Of a DNA stretch of 58,689 nucleotides, positions 1 to 10,728 are shown in pieces. Under the pieces are notes generated by a model that made no database searches, was not told where the DNA came from, and worked only from the letters and a program-made list of their open reading frames with translations. The position numbers and the translations under genes were made by a program. Source of the stretch: Cyanophora paradoxa CCMP329 (lineage: Eukaryota > Plantae > Glaucophyta); NCBI GenBank assembly GCA_004431415.1, contig QPMI01000540.1, forward strand, positions 1 to 58,689, in the 5' to 3' direction. Each line of letters begins with the position of its first letter. The stretch's first letter is position 1.

Positions 1-252
1 TCGGCGCTGGGCCTCGCCGAGGCGGCGGTCCAGAGGCGCGGCTGCTGCTGGCGGACCGCGGGCTGCTGAGGGGCAGGAAGAGCGAGATTATCGTCGCCGG
101 CGCGCTCTACTACGCGGCGGCCTCGGCCGGCGCCCCCGCGCACCGTCGACGACGCGCTCGGCTGGCACCCGACCTGCTGCACCCGCCGCGCGGGCGCTCG
201 TCAGGATGGTCCGCGCGATCCACCGCCGCCAGCGGCGTCGGGCGCATCCCCC
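1..252 (+). pseudogene. Partial duplicate of the TFIIB-like gene, truncated by the repeat array
   Basis: Near-identical to ~2362-2612 apart from small indels and a few substitutions; runs directly into repeat array A. Confidence 0.8.
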
Positions 253-258
253 GCGCGG

Positions 259-1840
259 CGGCCGATTTACGGGACAAAGGGCGCGAGAACTAAGCAGAGG
301 GGTACGCACTCTCCCGACGCCGCTCATAGAGCCGCGATCGGCCGAGCTCTGTGCAAGGGGGGCAAGGGGGAGGGGCGGAGCGGGCGGGGTACGGATCAGG
401 AAGCGTCCGGCATCGCCCTACCCTCGGCGGCAGCGGCCCCCTGCGCAGAGCTCGGCCGATTACGGGACGAGAGCGAGGGCGAGAACAGACAGAGGGGTAC
501 GCACCGCTGCCGCCGCCGCTCATAGAGCCGCGATCGGCCGAGCTCTGTGCAGGGGGGCAAGGGGGGAGGGGCGGAGCGGACGGGGGTACGGATCAGGAAG
601 CGTCCGGTATCGCCCTACCCTCGCGGCAGCGGCCCCCTGCGCAGAGCTCGGCCGATTACGGACGAGAGAGAGAGGCGAAAAAACGGACAGAGGGGTACGC
701 ACCGCTGCCGCCCCGCTCATAGAGCCGCGAATCGGCCGAGCTCTGTGCAGGGGGGGCAAGGGGGAGAGGGCGGAGCGGACGGGGGTACGGATAGGAAGCG
801 TCCGGTATCGCCCTACCCTCGGCGGGCAGCGGCCCCCTGCGCAGAGCTCGGCCGATTACCGGACGAGAGCGAGGGCGAGAACAGACAGAGGGGTACGCAC
901 CGCTGCCGCCGCCGCTCATAGAGCCGCGATCGGCCGAGCTCTGTGCAGGGGGGGCAAGGGGGAGAGGGGCGGAGCGGGCGGGGTACGGGCCAAGGTGAGC
1001 GTCCGGTATCGCGGCCTACCCTCGGCGACAGCGGCCCCCTGCGCAGAGCTCGGCCGATTACCGGACGAGAGAGAGGGCGAGAACAGACAGAGGGGTACGC
1101 ACCGCTGCCGCCGCCGCTCATAGAGCCGCGATCGGCCGAGCTCTGTGCAGGGGGGGCAAGGGGGAGAGGGGCGGAGCGGGCGGGGTACGGACCAAGGTGA
1201 GCGTCCGGTATCGCGCCCTACCCTCGGCGGCAACGGCCCCCTGCGCAGAGCTCGGCCGATTACGGGACGAGAGAGAGGGCGAGAACAGACAGAGGGGTAC
1301 GCACCGCTGCCGCCGCCGATCAAGAGCCGCTATCGGCCGAGCTCTGTGCAGGTGGAGAAAGAGGGGGAGGGCGGAGCGGGCGGGGGTACGGATCAGGAAG
1401 CGTCGGCATCGCCCTACCCTCGGCGGCAGCGGCCCCCTGCGCAGAGCTCGGCCGATTTACGGGACAAAGGGCGCGAGAACTAAGCAGAGGGGTACGCACT
1501 CTCCCGACGCCGCTCATAGAGCCGCGATCGGCCGAGCTCTGTGCAAGGGGGGCAAGGGGGAGAGGGGCGGAGCGGGCGGGGGTACGGATCAGGAAGCGTC
1601 CGGCCCTTGGCGGCGGCAGTCCCTGCGCAGAGCTCGGCCGATTACGGGACGAGGTAGACAGAGAGGGGTACTCACCTCTGCCGCCGCCGCTCATAGAGCC
1701 GCTATCGGCCGAGCTCTGTGTAGGGGGGAAGAGGGGAAGGGGGAGCGGGCGGGGTACGGACCAAGGTGAGCGTCCGGTATCGCCCTACCCTCGGCGGCAG
1801 CGGCCCCCTGCGCAGAGCTCGGCCGATTACGGGACAAGGG
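259..1840. repeat. Tandem array A, ~8 units of 185-202 bp, each with an inverted pair of the core CAGAGCTCGGCCGAT
   Basis: GCAGAGCTCGGCCGAT starts at 445, 641, 841, 1043, 1245, 1441, 1627 and 1812, with ATCGGCCGAGCTCTG between them. Confidence 0.95.
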
Positions 1841-2169
1841 TGCGAGCGTGGGCAGCCATAGGGGTACGTAAGGTTTCGCTACGGCGGAAACGACAGATCC
1901 GGCAAAGGTCGAGCTCGTATCGGGCGGCCGTGCACGGGCATCTCACACGCGCCCGGCAAGTCGATCCGCGCGCCGACGCCGCCCGCCACCGGGAAGCCCG
2001 CACCGTACCCCCAAGCGCCAGAAAAAGGACCGATTCGCGCGACTCGGTCCCGACAAACGCATAAAGGGCCTCGCCCGCCGCCGTCGCGGTACTGCGGGCC
2101 GCCCCACCGCGCCCCTGATACGCAGCACATCGACAGCGCGCGCACCGACTCGCTGAGCGGGGGTGGAAC

Positions 2170-2840
2170 ATGTGCCGCGAGGGCCAGCTGGTCACGACGC
2201 GCGACGGGGAACGTGGTGTGCGATGCCTGCGGCGCGGCCGAGGCGGTCGTCGGGACCCTGGGGGCAGCGAGAAGCCGGGGGCCGACGAGAGCCCGCCCGC
2301 GTCGCCCCGCGAGCCCTCGCGGTCCGAGGTCCGCATGGGGCGGCTCCTGGAGGGCGCAGCGTCGGCGGCTGGGCCTCGCCGAGGCGCGGTCCACGAGGCG
2401 CGGCTGCTGCTGGCGGACCGCGGGCTGCTGAGGGGCAGGAAGAGCGAGATTATCGTCGCCGGCGCGCTCTACTACGCGGCGGCCTCGGCCGGCGCCCCGC
2501 GCACCGTCGACGACGCGCTCGGCTGGCACCCCGACCTGCGCACACGCCGCGCGGCGCTCGTCAGGATGGTCCGCGCGATCCACCGCCGCCGCGGCGTCGG
2601 GCGCATCCCCCGACGCGCCCGACTACGTCGACGCGCTCGCCCAGCGCGTGGGGCTGGACGGGCGGACCTGCGGGCGGCGCGGGTACGCGGAGCGGCACCG
2701 AGGACTCGGGAAGGAGCCGATCGTCGTCGCCGCGGCGGCGTTGGTGGAGGCGGGCGGCGCTTCGACGCGCGAGGCCGGCGCGGGCCGGCATTACGACCGT
2801 TGGCATCCAGGTCTGCATCAAGGCGCTCGCCGCCGCCTAG
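2170..2840 (+). CDS. TFIIB/BRF-like transcription initiation factor (frameshifted as assembled; start uncertain)
   Basis: Zn ribbon MCREGQLVTTRDGE..VVCDACG; cyclin repeat 1 RGRKSEIIVAGALYYAA..APRTVDD; repeat 2 GKEPIVVAAAAL..GITTVGIQVCIKAL. These match TFIIB motifs RGRsxxaxxAAxlYxAcR..PRT, GxsPxxxAAAxxY and GVtexTI. Requires frame changes. Confidence 0.75.
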
Positions 2841-3404
2841 AGGAGAGCAGCAGCGTCATCGCGTTCGCATGTTGTGTTTTGCGAATACTATGCGAAACTA
2901 AATGCCATTTGCGCGTGCGGGAATGGGGCGGGCGGTGCACCGCCGGATCGAGTTGCGGTCGGGTGGCTCGGCGGCTCGCGGCGGCCCAAGGCGCCTGGGC
3001 GCGGCTTAACGCGACTCTAGAGTCCTATTCCACAGCACGAGACCTAATTATGGCGTCGCTGCCGCTCCAGGTCGCCCGCCGCGACGCCGCGGTCAACCTG
3101 CGCCGCGCACGCAGCATGCGGGCCGCCGGGCCCGTGGCCGGGAGCCGGAATCTCGCAGTCGCGCAACTAGCAAAAGCCCCGAGAAGAATCTCGCAGCCGC
3201 CGCCGCGCGCGCTCGAAGCGATCGGTACTAGTACTGGTACCGAGCCGCCCCCTACCTCGGACTTGGGCGAATCCGAGTCGCCGAGTCCAAAGTCCAACTT
3301 TTGCGGCGGCGGCGGGCGCGCCTGACTCATCTTTGCCGGCATATAAGACCTCTATCAAGTTCATTAGCTGGGGCAAGCCGCCCGCGGCCCCGCGAAGGTA
3401 CTCG

Positions 3405-4055
3405 TCAAACCGAAACGATCAACGCACAGCACGGGAAAAAACCCACGGGTTCGAATGCGCCCGTCTCCGTCTTTTTGGAAAGCTCACACGTCCGCTCGCC
3501 TAGCCCTAGTTTTCTGCCGGCGCTGGCGCTAGAGGCCGCAGCCGCAGTCGCCGCGCATCCGCGAGCTCGCACCCGCGCGCGTGGCGACGAGCTCCCGGCC
3601 GCGGCTCGACGAGCTCTCCGCGGGCTCTCCGGCTCGTTAGCGCCTCTGTCGATCGTAGAGAGCCGACTAAGCCGCGTCCGAGGGACGGGCTCTCGCCCCT
3701 GCGTCGCCGCCGTCGGGGTTGACGTGGGACGGCGATCTGCGTGCCGCCGCCGGCGCTCCACTCGACGGCGAGCTTCTTCATGGCCTCCGATGCGCTTTGC
3801 AGAGGATCCGGTGCGCCCCTTGACCGCCATGTTCGTAACCTGGGCCAGGCTGCGGTTGGGAAACGGCGCAGCGACGGCGAGGAGCCGCCAGGGCCCGCGG
3901 CTCTTGGTGAACGAGCCGCGGATGGTGCCGCGCGAGTGCTCCTTGAACCGCCGCGCGAGGCTCGCCGTCTCGCCGCAGTAGAACATCCGGCCGTTGTGCA
4001 GCAGGTACACGACGTGCTGCTTCTCAAACTGGTGGTGGAACGGCCGGGCCTTGCC
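3405..4055 (-). CDS. GIY-YIG endonuclease domain (SLX1/UPF0213-like); may be the C-terminus of the upstream YR polyprotein
   Basis: HVVYLLHNGRMFYCGETASLARRFKEHSRG..GSFTKSRGPWRL matches VYxL..YxGxTxxlxRRxxxH..T..rPW. Confidence 0.8.
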   Translation of the reverse strand, partial: GKARPFHHQFEKQHVVYLLHNGRMFYCGETASLARRFKEHSRGTIRGSFTKSRGPWRLLAVAAPFPNRSLAQVTNMAVKGRTGSSAKRIGGHEEARRRVERRRRHADRRPTSTPTAATQGREPVPRTRLSRLSTIDRGANEPESPRRARRAAAGSSSPRARVRARGCAATAAAASSASAGRKLGLGERTCELSKKTETGAFEPVGFFPCCALIVSV

Positions 4056-4364
4056 GCCGCCGCACCACCGCCGCCGCCTCCCGCCGCGGCCTTTGCGCCG
4101 ACGCCGACGCCGCCGTCGCCCCGCTCCCGTCGGCGCTCCCCTTGTCCGCGTCGGAATTCGAATCCTCGTCGTCTCGCCGCCCCCGTCCCGCCGCTCCTGC
4201 CGCCCCTCGCCCCCGCCAACGGCGTGCGCAGACCTGGTGCGGCCGCGGCCAGCGACGTCGGCTCCGCCTCCATGCTCCCGAAGAAAGGCGCTCGCTCTGC
4301 TGGTTCGCGGTGCTGGCAGGTGCGCCCTGCCCTACACCCGGGGTGGGGCCCGGCCCGCATCGCT

Positions 4365-7300
4365 TTATGCGTTCAGCAGATGCCCTGCGGTACAGGAGCT
4401 GCGGCGACGGCGGGGGAGGCGGCGGCGGCGGGGCGGGGCTGGGCTTGAACCGCTTCGGCGCCCCCCGCTCGAGGGCTCGACGCGGCGACGGGCGCGGAGG
4501 ATGCCGTCGGGCGGGGCGCGCCGTGGGCGGCGCCGGTGCGCAGAGGAGGCCGGAGGGCAGGGATGCGGGGGGCGCGGCGTGTCGGGTCGTGCGCGCCCGT
4601 CCATCCCTCGCCGCTCCCCTGCCACGAGCCGTCGCCGACCCCGCTCCCATTTGCAGGATCGGAGCGCAGAGGGCCGGGGGCGCCGCCCTCAGCCAGGGGG
4701 CCGCGCCTTGGGCGGCCTCCCGCGCCGCCTCGCGGCGGGGCGCCCCGCCCGCCGCCGCCGCCCCCGCCGCGCGACGACGAGGAGGAAGAGGCCGGCGGCG
4801 GCGAGGACGCCGGCCGCGCAAAGCCCAGGAGCTCCAGCACCCGCTCGGCGCCGGTTCGGATCTCGACGGTGCCGTTGCGGCCCTCGTACTCGACTGGGAA
4901 GAGGGCGCTCACGCCCGTCCACTCGCGAGGTCCGCCCTCCTGGCTCGCCGTCCACGCCCCGCCGAACCGCTTCAGCAGGACCAAGCGGGACTCGAACTCG
5001 CCGCTCGGCAGGTCGATCGTCTGGACGAGGCGCGCGTACACCACGTTGGGCAGCGGGCTCGCCGCGTGCGTCGCCAGCGCCGCCACCACCTGCCCCGCCG
5101 CGTACGGCGAGGCCGACCGCCAGCGCAGGTGGTAGAGGGGCGGCGGCGGCCCCGCGCGGGCGCGGCGACGGGGGCGGGAACGGCGCCGCCGCGGCCCGGC
5201 CCGGGGCCCCGCCGGCGGCTGAGGCCACGCCGGTGGCCGCCGCGGATGAGCCCTCGGGAACAGTAGCTCGCGTGGTGCTTGGCCCCGGCCGCGTTCTTGA
5301 ACGCCTCGCGGTGCGTCGGGGGCGGTAAAGGCGGGAGGGCGCGGGGCGCGGGGCGGGCGCGGTCTCACCCGGTCGCAGGGCTCGCAGTAGCGCTGCTCGG
5401 CGATCGCCAGCGCCCGCTCGACGGCATAGTCGGCGTCCCAGGGCCGTCGAGGGCCCCCCGCGCTGCCGGTCCGGCGCCGCTTGGCCTCTTCCGCGCCGGC
5501 CGAGCCGCCCCCGTCCCCCTCGTCCTCTTCCTCTTCCTCCTCCTCCTCTTCCTCTTCCTCTTCGCCCAAGTCGAACGAGCTGGAGCTCCCGCCCTTGCCC
5601 GCCGGCTCCGGGCTCGTCGGCGGCGTCTGCGTCTGCGTCGCCGGCGCCGGCGCCGCCTCGCCCCCGTCCTCTTCCTCTTCCTCTTCCTCGCGCCCCTCGT
5701 TCTCCTCCCTCGCCGCCTTGTCGCCGCGGCGCCCGCCGCCCGTCCCCCGCCCCTTGTTCCGCCCACCTCCTCGGCGCGCCGCGCGGGGCGCCGCCGGGCG
5801 GGGCGCGGGGTCGGCCGTCGGCCCCTCCAGGAGCGGCGGATCGAGCCCGTCGGGGCTCTCCCGCGCGCGGCGCCTCTCCTCCCCGTGCTTCAGCGCCAGC
5901 TGCTCGAGGTACGCCACCGCCGAGGCCGCCGCGCGCGCGCGGGCCGAGTAGTCGTAATTCTGCGTCGCAGTGATGACGCTGTGCCCCAGCAGCTTGGCTG
6001 CGCGGGGAGTCGCGGTGACGGCGGGCGCAGCGGCGGGGCGCGGGAGCGGGGTACGGCGCACCCGTCCCCTCGACGACGGCGGCGGCGGTGTCGCCGGAGA
6101 TGCGGTTCGCGGCGGCCTCGTCCCGCACGTGCGTCGTGATGATGGCGCGGATGGCCTGCGCCGTCACCGGCACGCCCGTGTACTTTTCCGTCACCTGCGG
6201 TGCGTGAGTTTCTCCCCCTTCAGCCCGCCCGCCCCGCGCGCCTTTTTCACAAAGTTGCTCCAGCCGGCGTCGGAGAGGAGCGTTCCCGTCGGGCCGGTGA
6301 AGAGCCATCCCTCGTCGGCGGCGCCCGTCGTCGGCGGGAAGAGGAGGCGGCGGTAGCGCTCGACGTACAAGGTGAGCGGCTCCTGGACAAAACCGGGGAT
6401 CGGAAAGGTCATCGCGCCCGCAGTCTTGGCCGTCTTGGACGAGAGGACCGGCTCGGCGCCCCCGACGTCGATTCTCATCTTTGTGAGCGCGATCGCCCAC
6501 GCGCCCTGGTCCCGTCGGAGCGTGTGACCGATCCTGCGCAGGGCGCGCGGTGGCCATGGGGGCGGGGCGGGAGGGGCGGCGGAGTGGGGGTACGGCACCT
6601 GAGGCGGCGGACGATGCCGACGCGCGAGGGCGTCGAGACGAGGAGGGAGAGGAGGAGCCCCTCGCGGAGGGCGAGGGCCTTGTCGTACTCGAGCGGCGCA
6701 CGCTCCGCCGCCTCGAGCGCGTCCAGCCGCGCCGAGAGGAGCGTCTCGAACGGCACCCAGTTCGGTCCGCGCTCGCGCCACTTGACCCCCTCGCGCTTCT
6801 CCTTTCTCAGCTGGGCGAGCAGGTTGCGGAGGCCGCGGGCGTGGGGCCCCTCGGAGCCCGACGCCGCGCCCGACGTGCGCGCGTGGACAAAGGCGTGGGC
6901 CTGGAGCGCCGCCTGCGTGTACCCCGCCAAGGTGGCCGCCTGCACCTTGCGCTCCCCGCGGAGAAACGTGAGGAATCGCATCCACAGGTCGATGAAGTCG
7001 ACGCGGGCGCCGGAGAAGAGGTCGAGCGTCGGGGCGCCGTCGATCTTCTCGCGGAGGGCGCAGTACCCCAGGAAGCGCAGCAGCGTCGTCCGCTCGTTGG
7101 CCAGCGTCGAGGAGCGCTCGACGGCGGCGCCGGGGCGGTCGGGGTTGAGGGCCCGGGTACGCCACTCTTCGTACGCGGCGAGCTGCGCCTTGAGCTCCCG
7201 CGACTGATCCTCCTCGCGCAGGCCGTACGGGGCGGCGCGCTCGGCCGACGGCTCCTCGGCGGCCTCGGCGTCGGAGCCCGCGTCGCCCGGCGCCGGCAGC

Positions 7301-7444
7301 GGCGGCGGCGGCGGCGAGCTCGAGGGAGAGGACGACGGGCCGGCGCCGGGATCGCTCCCCTCGCTGCCGGAGCTCGTCGAGCTCTCCCCGAGGTCGACGG
7401 CTCGAATCCCCGCGGCGGCGCCCGGCGGAGCCTGGCGGGACGCT

Positions 7445-7478
<34 letters not shown>

Positions 7479-9175
7479 GGGGCCGCTCCTCGGCGGGGAG
7501 GACCACGCGCTCGGGGTCCGGCAGGGCGTCGGCGTCAAAGAGCGTGATCGACGGGTCGAGGATCATGCTCTCCAGCATCGACCGGTACGCCTGGCGCTTC
7601 TCCGCGATAAACTTGGCGTTGTCCTTGGCGACGGCGTCTGACATGGGGCCCCCGGGGCGGTAGAACATCAGCTCGCCGTGCGCCAGCTCGTCCGACCACG
7701 AGAAGCCCGTCGCCACCTCCAGCGTCGCGCCCTCGGCGAACCAGAGGATCCCTGCCGAGGGCCCTTAAAGGGGCGCGGCGGGGTGGGCGCCGAGGGAGAG
7801 GCGCGCACACGGCCCGCACTGGTACCCGTCCACCTGGAGCCGCCCGCCGCTCGTCTCGTCCACGTACTGGTGCGCGGGAAACGCCGCCTTGGCCGCGTAG
7901 ACGAGCGACGGGTCGCAGGGCTCGCCGAGCGAGTCCCAGTACCGCGTCTTCGCCCCGCCGAGCACGAGGAGGGTCCAGTGGCCGCCGCTCGCCGAGCGCT
8001 TCTCGGCCCCGCGGCGCACGAGGCTCGTCGAGACGGGGCAGATGACGGTGCCGCCCCTCGCCACGAGCGACAGTGCGCGCCGCTTACGGCGCTCCTCGCT
8101 CGCAGCCGCGTACCGGCGGAGGACCGAGGCGAGGATGTCGACGCTCATCGGGTAGAGGGCCGCACGCGGCCGTTGTTGGCCTTGCGCAGGATGAGGGTGA
8201 GCACGTTGGCGATGTGCGTGTCCGTGAGCCACTCGCGCGCGCCAAAGATCGGGACGCGGCGCGCAGGCGGGACGGGCGCGGGAACGGCGGCGGCGGCGGC
8301 GACGGGGTCGGCGCCCTCGAGGACGAGCCGCTGGCGCTTGAAGTCGGCGAGGAGGCTCGCGTCGCGCCCGGTAGGTCCTTCAGGAACATCTCCACGCCGA
8401 GCGCGCTGATGAAGCCCCAGGTGCGGGCAAAGCCGCGCGAGGCCTCGCCCTCGACCTCGGAGCCAAGGCCGGCGTACCGCGTCAGCGTCTGCGTGACGAG
8501 GCCGAAGCGCTCGCGGCCGATGCTCAGCGTCGTCACGTTCCAGCGGTGCGGCCCGTCCCGCGCGAGGTCGGGGAGGCGCTTCTCGATCTCTCGCCGCACG
8601 CAGTTTGTGTCGCGGGAGGAGCCGTAGAGGGCGTCGGCGAGCGAGGCCATCGGCACCCAGAGCTGCAGGTCCGGAACCTCGATCCGCTTGGCGCGCAGCG
8701 CGTACATGCGCTTGCCGCCGACGCGTATGACGTGCAGGTCGAGGCGCGCGAGGGTGCGGGGCCGGCGGCGCTCGTTGGCGGCGTAGAACGAGGCGGCGGC
8801 GGCGCGCTTGCGCTGCTCGTCCGTGACCTCCCAGGCCTCGGCGACCACGTCCAGCACGTAGCGCATCGCCACCATCCGCGGCGGCGACTCGGGCGTGCAC
8901 TCGCGCCGGCGGACGGCGCCCAGGGCCTCGAGCAGCAGGATGGCGTTCTCGTCGGGCAGCGGCCGCGTCGGCACTCCGTAGCGCGCGGTGAGGAGGTCCT
9001 CGGCCTCGGCCTCGGGCCCGTCGGGGTCGAGGCGCGGCTCGCCGAGGACGCGCGCCAGCTGGGCCGAGCACGCGGCGGGGCCCGCCGTCGTCGGGAGGAC
9101 GACGAGGCGCTCCGGCCCCCAGGGCCCCGCGTACTCGACGAGCTCGTAGGCGTCGTGCACCGTCGGAAAGGACAT
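4365..9175 (-). CDS. Multi-exon polyprotein: possible BRO-N-like region, Ulp1/C48 protease, tyrosine recombinase, acidic tract, CxxC..HxxxC Zn finger, unknown domain (3' end uncertain)
   Basis: Ulp1: WLTDTHI, HWTLLV, YWDSL, QVDGYQCG|PWILWFAE. Intron 7752-7808 joins it in frame to the YR ORF. YR: PSRVG (R), SSKTAK (K), QAIR (HxxR with H>Q), LLGHS, QNYD (Y), assembled via introns 6534-6598, 6195-6241 (GC-AG) and 5998-6061. Zn finger YCEPCDR|AFKNAAGAKHHASYC. Two single-base frameshifts near 8370 and 8160. Confidence 0.8.
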
Positions 9176-9708
9176 TGCGGCGGCGCAACCGATCGCGGGC
9201 GGCCGCGTGGGACGGGCCGCGGGGCAGCGGTGTGGGCCCCGCCAACTCTAGCCCCAAGGAGCAATGGGGCGCTTGGATTTATGTATCTGCCCTGCGCGAT
9301 TGCGAGCTCGAAGTAGATAGGGGTACAGTTTTCGGTGCTCTCTGCAGTAAGGGTACAGGCACCGCCCTCTCGCCCTCCCCCCCCCCCCCCCCCTTCTTTT
9401 TTGGGGGGACGGTCGCAGTCGGTTCATCCCTGCACGCCACGATGAAACAGTGTCACAGTGCTCGAGATTTCGTACCTGTTTTGATTTCAAATTCCCATCT
9501 TGGTTTTCAGGTTTCCCTTCAAAAAGCTTTGTGAAGCTTATAATTAAGCGATCGCAGCTCTAAATGTCTATCTCGAGTCAAATACAGAAATAGAGCCCCA
9601 CCGTGCTGCCATCTGTATCGTCAGGGAGATCTAGAGCTCGAGGCTATAGCTATAGCTAGTGGTCTGACGAGATCTATAGAGCGAACATCAACATTGATAT
9701 CGATATCG

Positions 9709-10167
9709 ATGAGGCTTCTGTGCTCAGACGGCGAGACGGTCGTGTGCCCGGGGGCCCTGGTCGCTGACAGCGAGCTCCTTGCCGACGTTTCCGAGTGCTC
9801 AGATGCTCACACAAACGCCATCCCCATGCCCATCACATCGACAGTTATCCTCGCGGCGGGCATCGCCCTCAACGACCGCTCGGCCTCCCGACCTTTCGCC
9901 TCGCTCCAAGTTCCGCACGGCGGGCCCGATTCGCGAGCGGCCCCCGCAATGGCCCTCATCGCCCGCCTCGGTGTCGCCGCAGAGTTTCTTCGCGCTCCAA
10001 AGCTCGCACACGCGTGCGCAAAGCTCTTTGAGGGCGCGATTACGCACGAGAAGGCTCTCGGGGAACTCTGGGAGGATCATGTTCGATTCGCGACCGGCGC
10101 CGCCCCGCGGCGGGTTCGGAAGCGCAAGATAGAGGAGACGGTCCCCTGTAAGAATCAGAGCGATTGA
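9709..10167 (+). CDS. Skp1-like (BTB/POZ fold) protein
   Basis: MRLLCSDGETVV..SELLAD..IPMPITSTVIL..AAEFLRAPKLAHACAK resembles Skp1 LxSSDGe..S..I..IPlpnVxsxiL..AAnYLxixxL; intact intronless ORF. Confidence 0.7.
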   Translation: MRLLCSDGETVVCPGALVADSELLADVSECSDAHTNAIPMPITSTVILAAGIALNDRSASRPFASLQVPHGGPDSRAAPAMALIARLGVAAEFLRAPKLAHACAKLFEGAITHEKALGELWEDHVRFATGAAPRRVRKRKIEETVPCKNQSD

Positions 10168-10728
10168 TCACACGCCATTACACCGCTCAGAGGCCTTTGC
10201 ACGGCAGTGGGTACCGCCGGTTCCATGGGCGATGCGAGGGCGCGTCCGGGGGGAGGGGACGGGCCCCGGGCCCCCTAGGGTTATTTTTAGAATCGATCCG
10301 GGTTCCGCACCAAAATTGTTTCTGATGTCTACGAGCCCTCCCAATTGCTTGCGATGCGTTGGTGCGGGGCCCTCATTTTATTTTTCCGGTTTTTTTGCAG
10401 GGTTGGGATCTGTATTGGACCTTTTGCTTTTCTGTTTTGGAAATTTAGAGGGCCGACCGGCACCGCACCTCTTTTGCATCCGAGTGTTTCGTGCATGCAC
10501 TAACTGCATTTGCGTGTTGGTGCGGCGCGAACCCAAATTATCGAGGTTGCCGCCTCCAGCCATTTCCATACATGGCCAAGTTTGGATTTTTTTTGTTGGC
10601 GCGGCAAGCTCGCTCATGATGCAGCATTCAGAGGGGTATGCCCCCGTATGTACACTCGCGCGGCGGGCTCTGTTCCTGCTCCTGTCGCGCTGGGGGCGGG
10701 CAGGTCGCCGACGGCGTCCGGCACGCTT

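Noticed and set aside
206-1769. ORFs over array A, and likewise over 14.2-16.4, 20.0-20.7 and 37.5-38.4 kb
   Set aside because: Translations of GC-rich tandem repeats, open in several frames, with no protein-like composition.
259-1840. CRISPR-like array
   Set aside because: Sequences between the cores are themselves repeated, not unique spacers; no cas genes; eukaryotic context.
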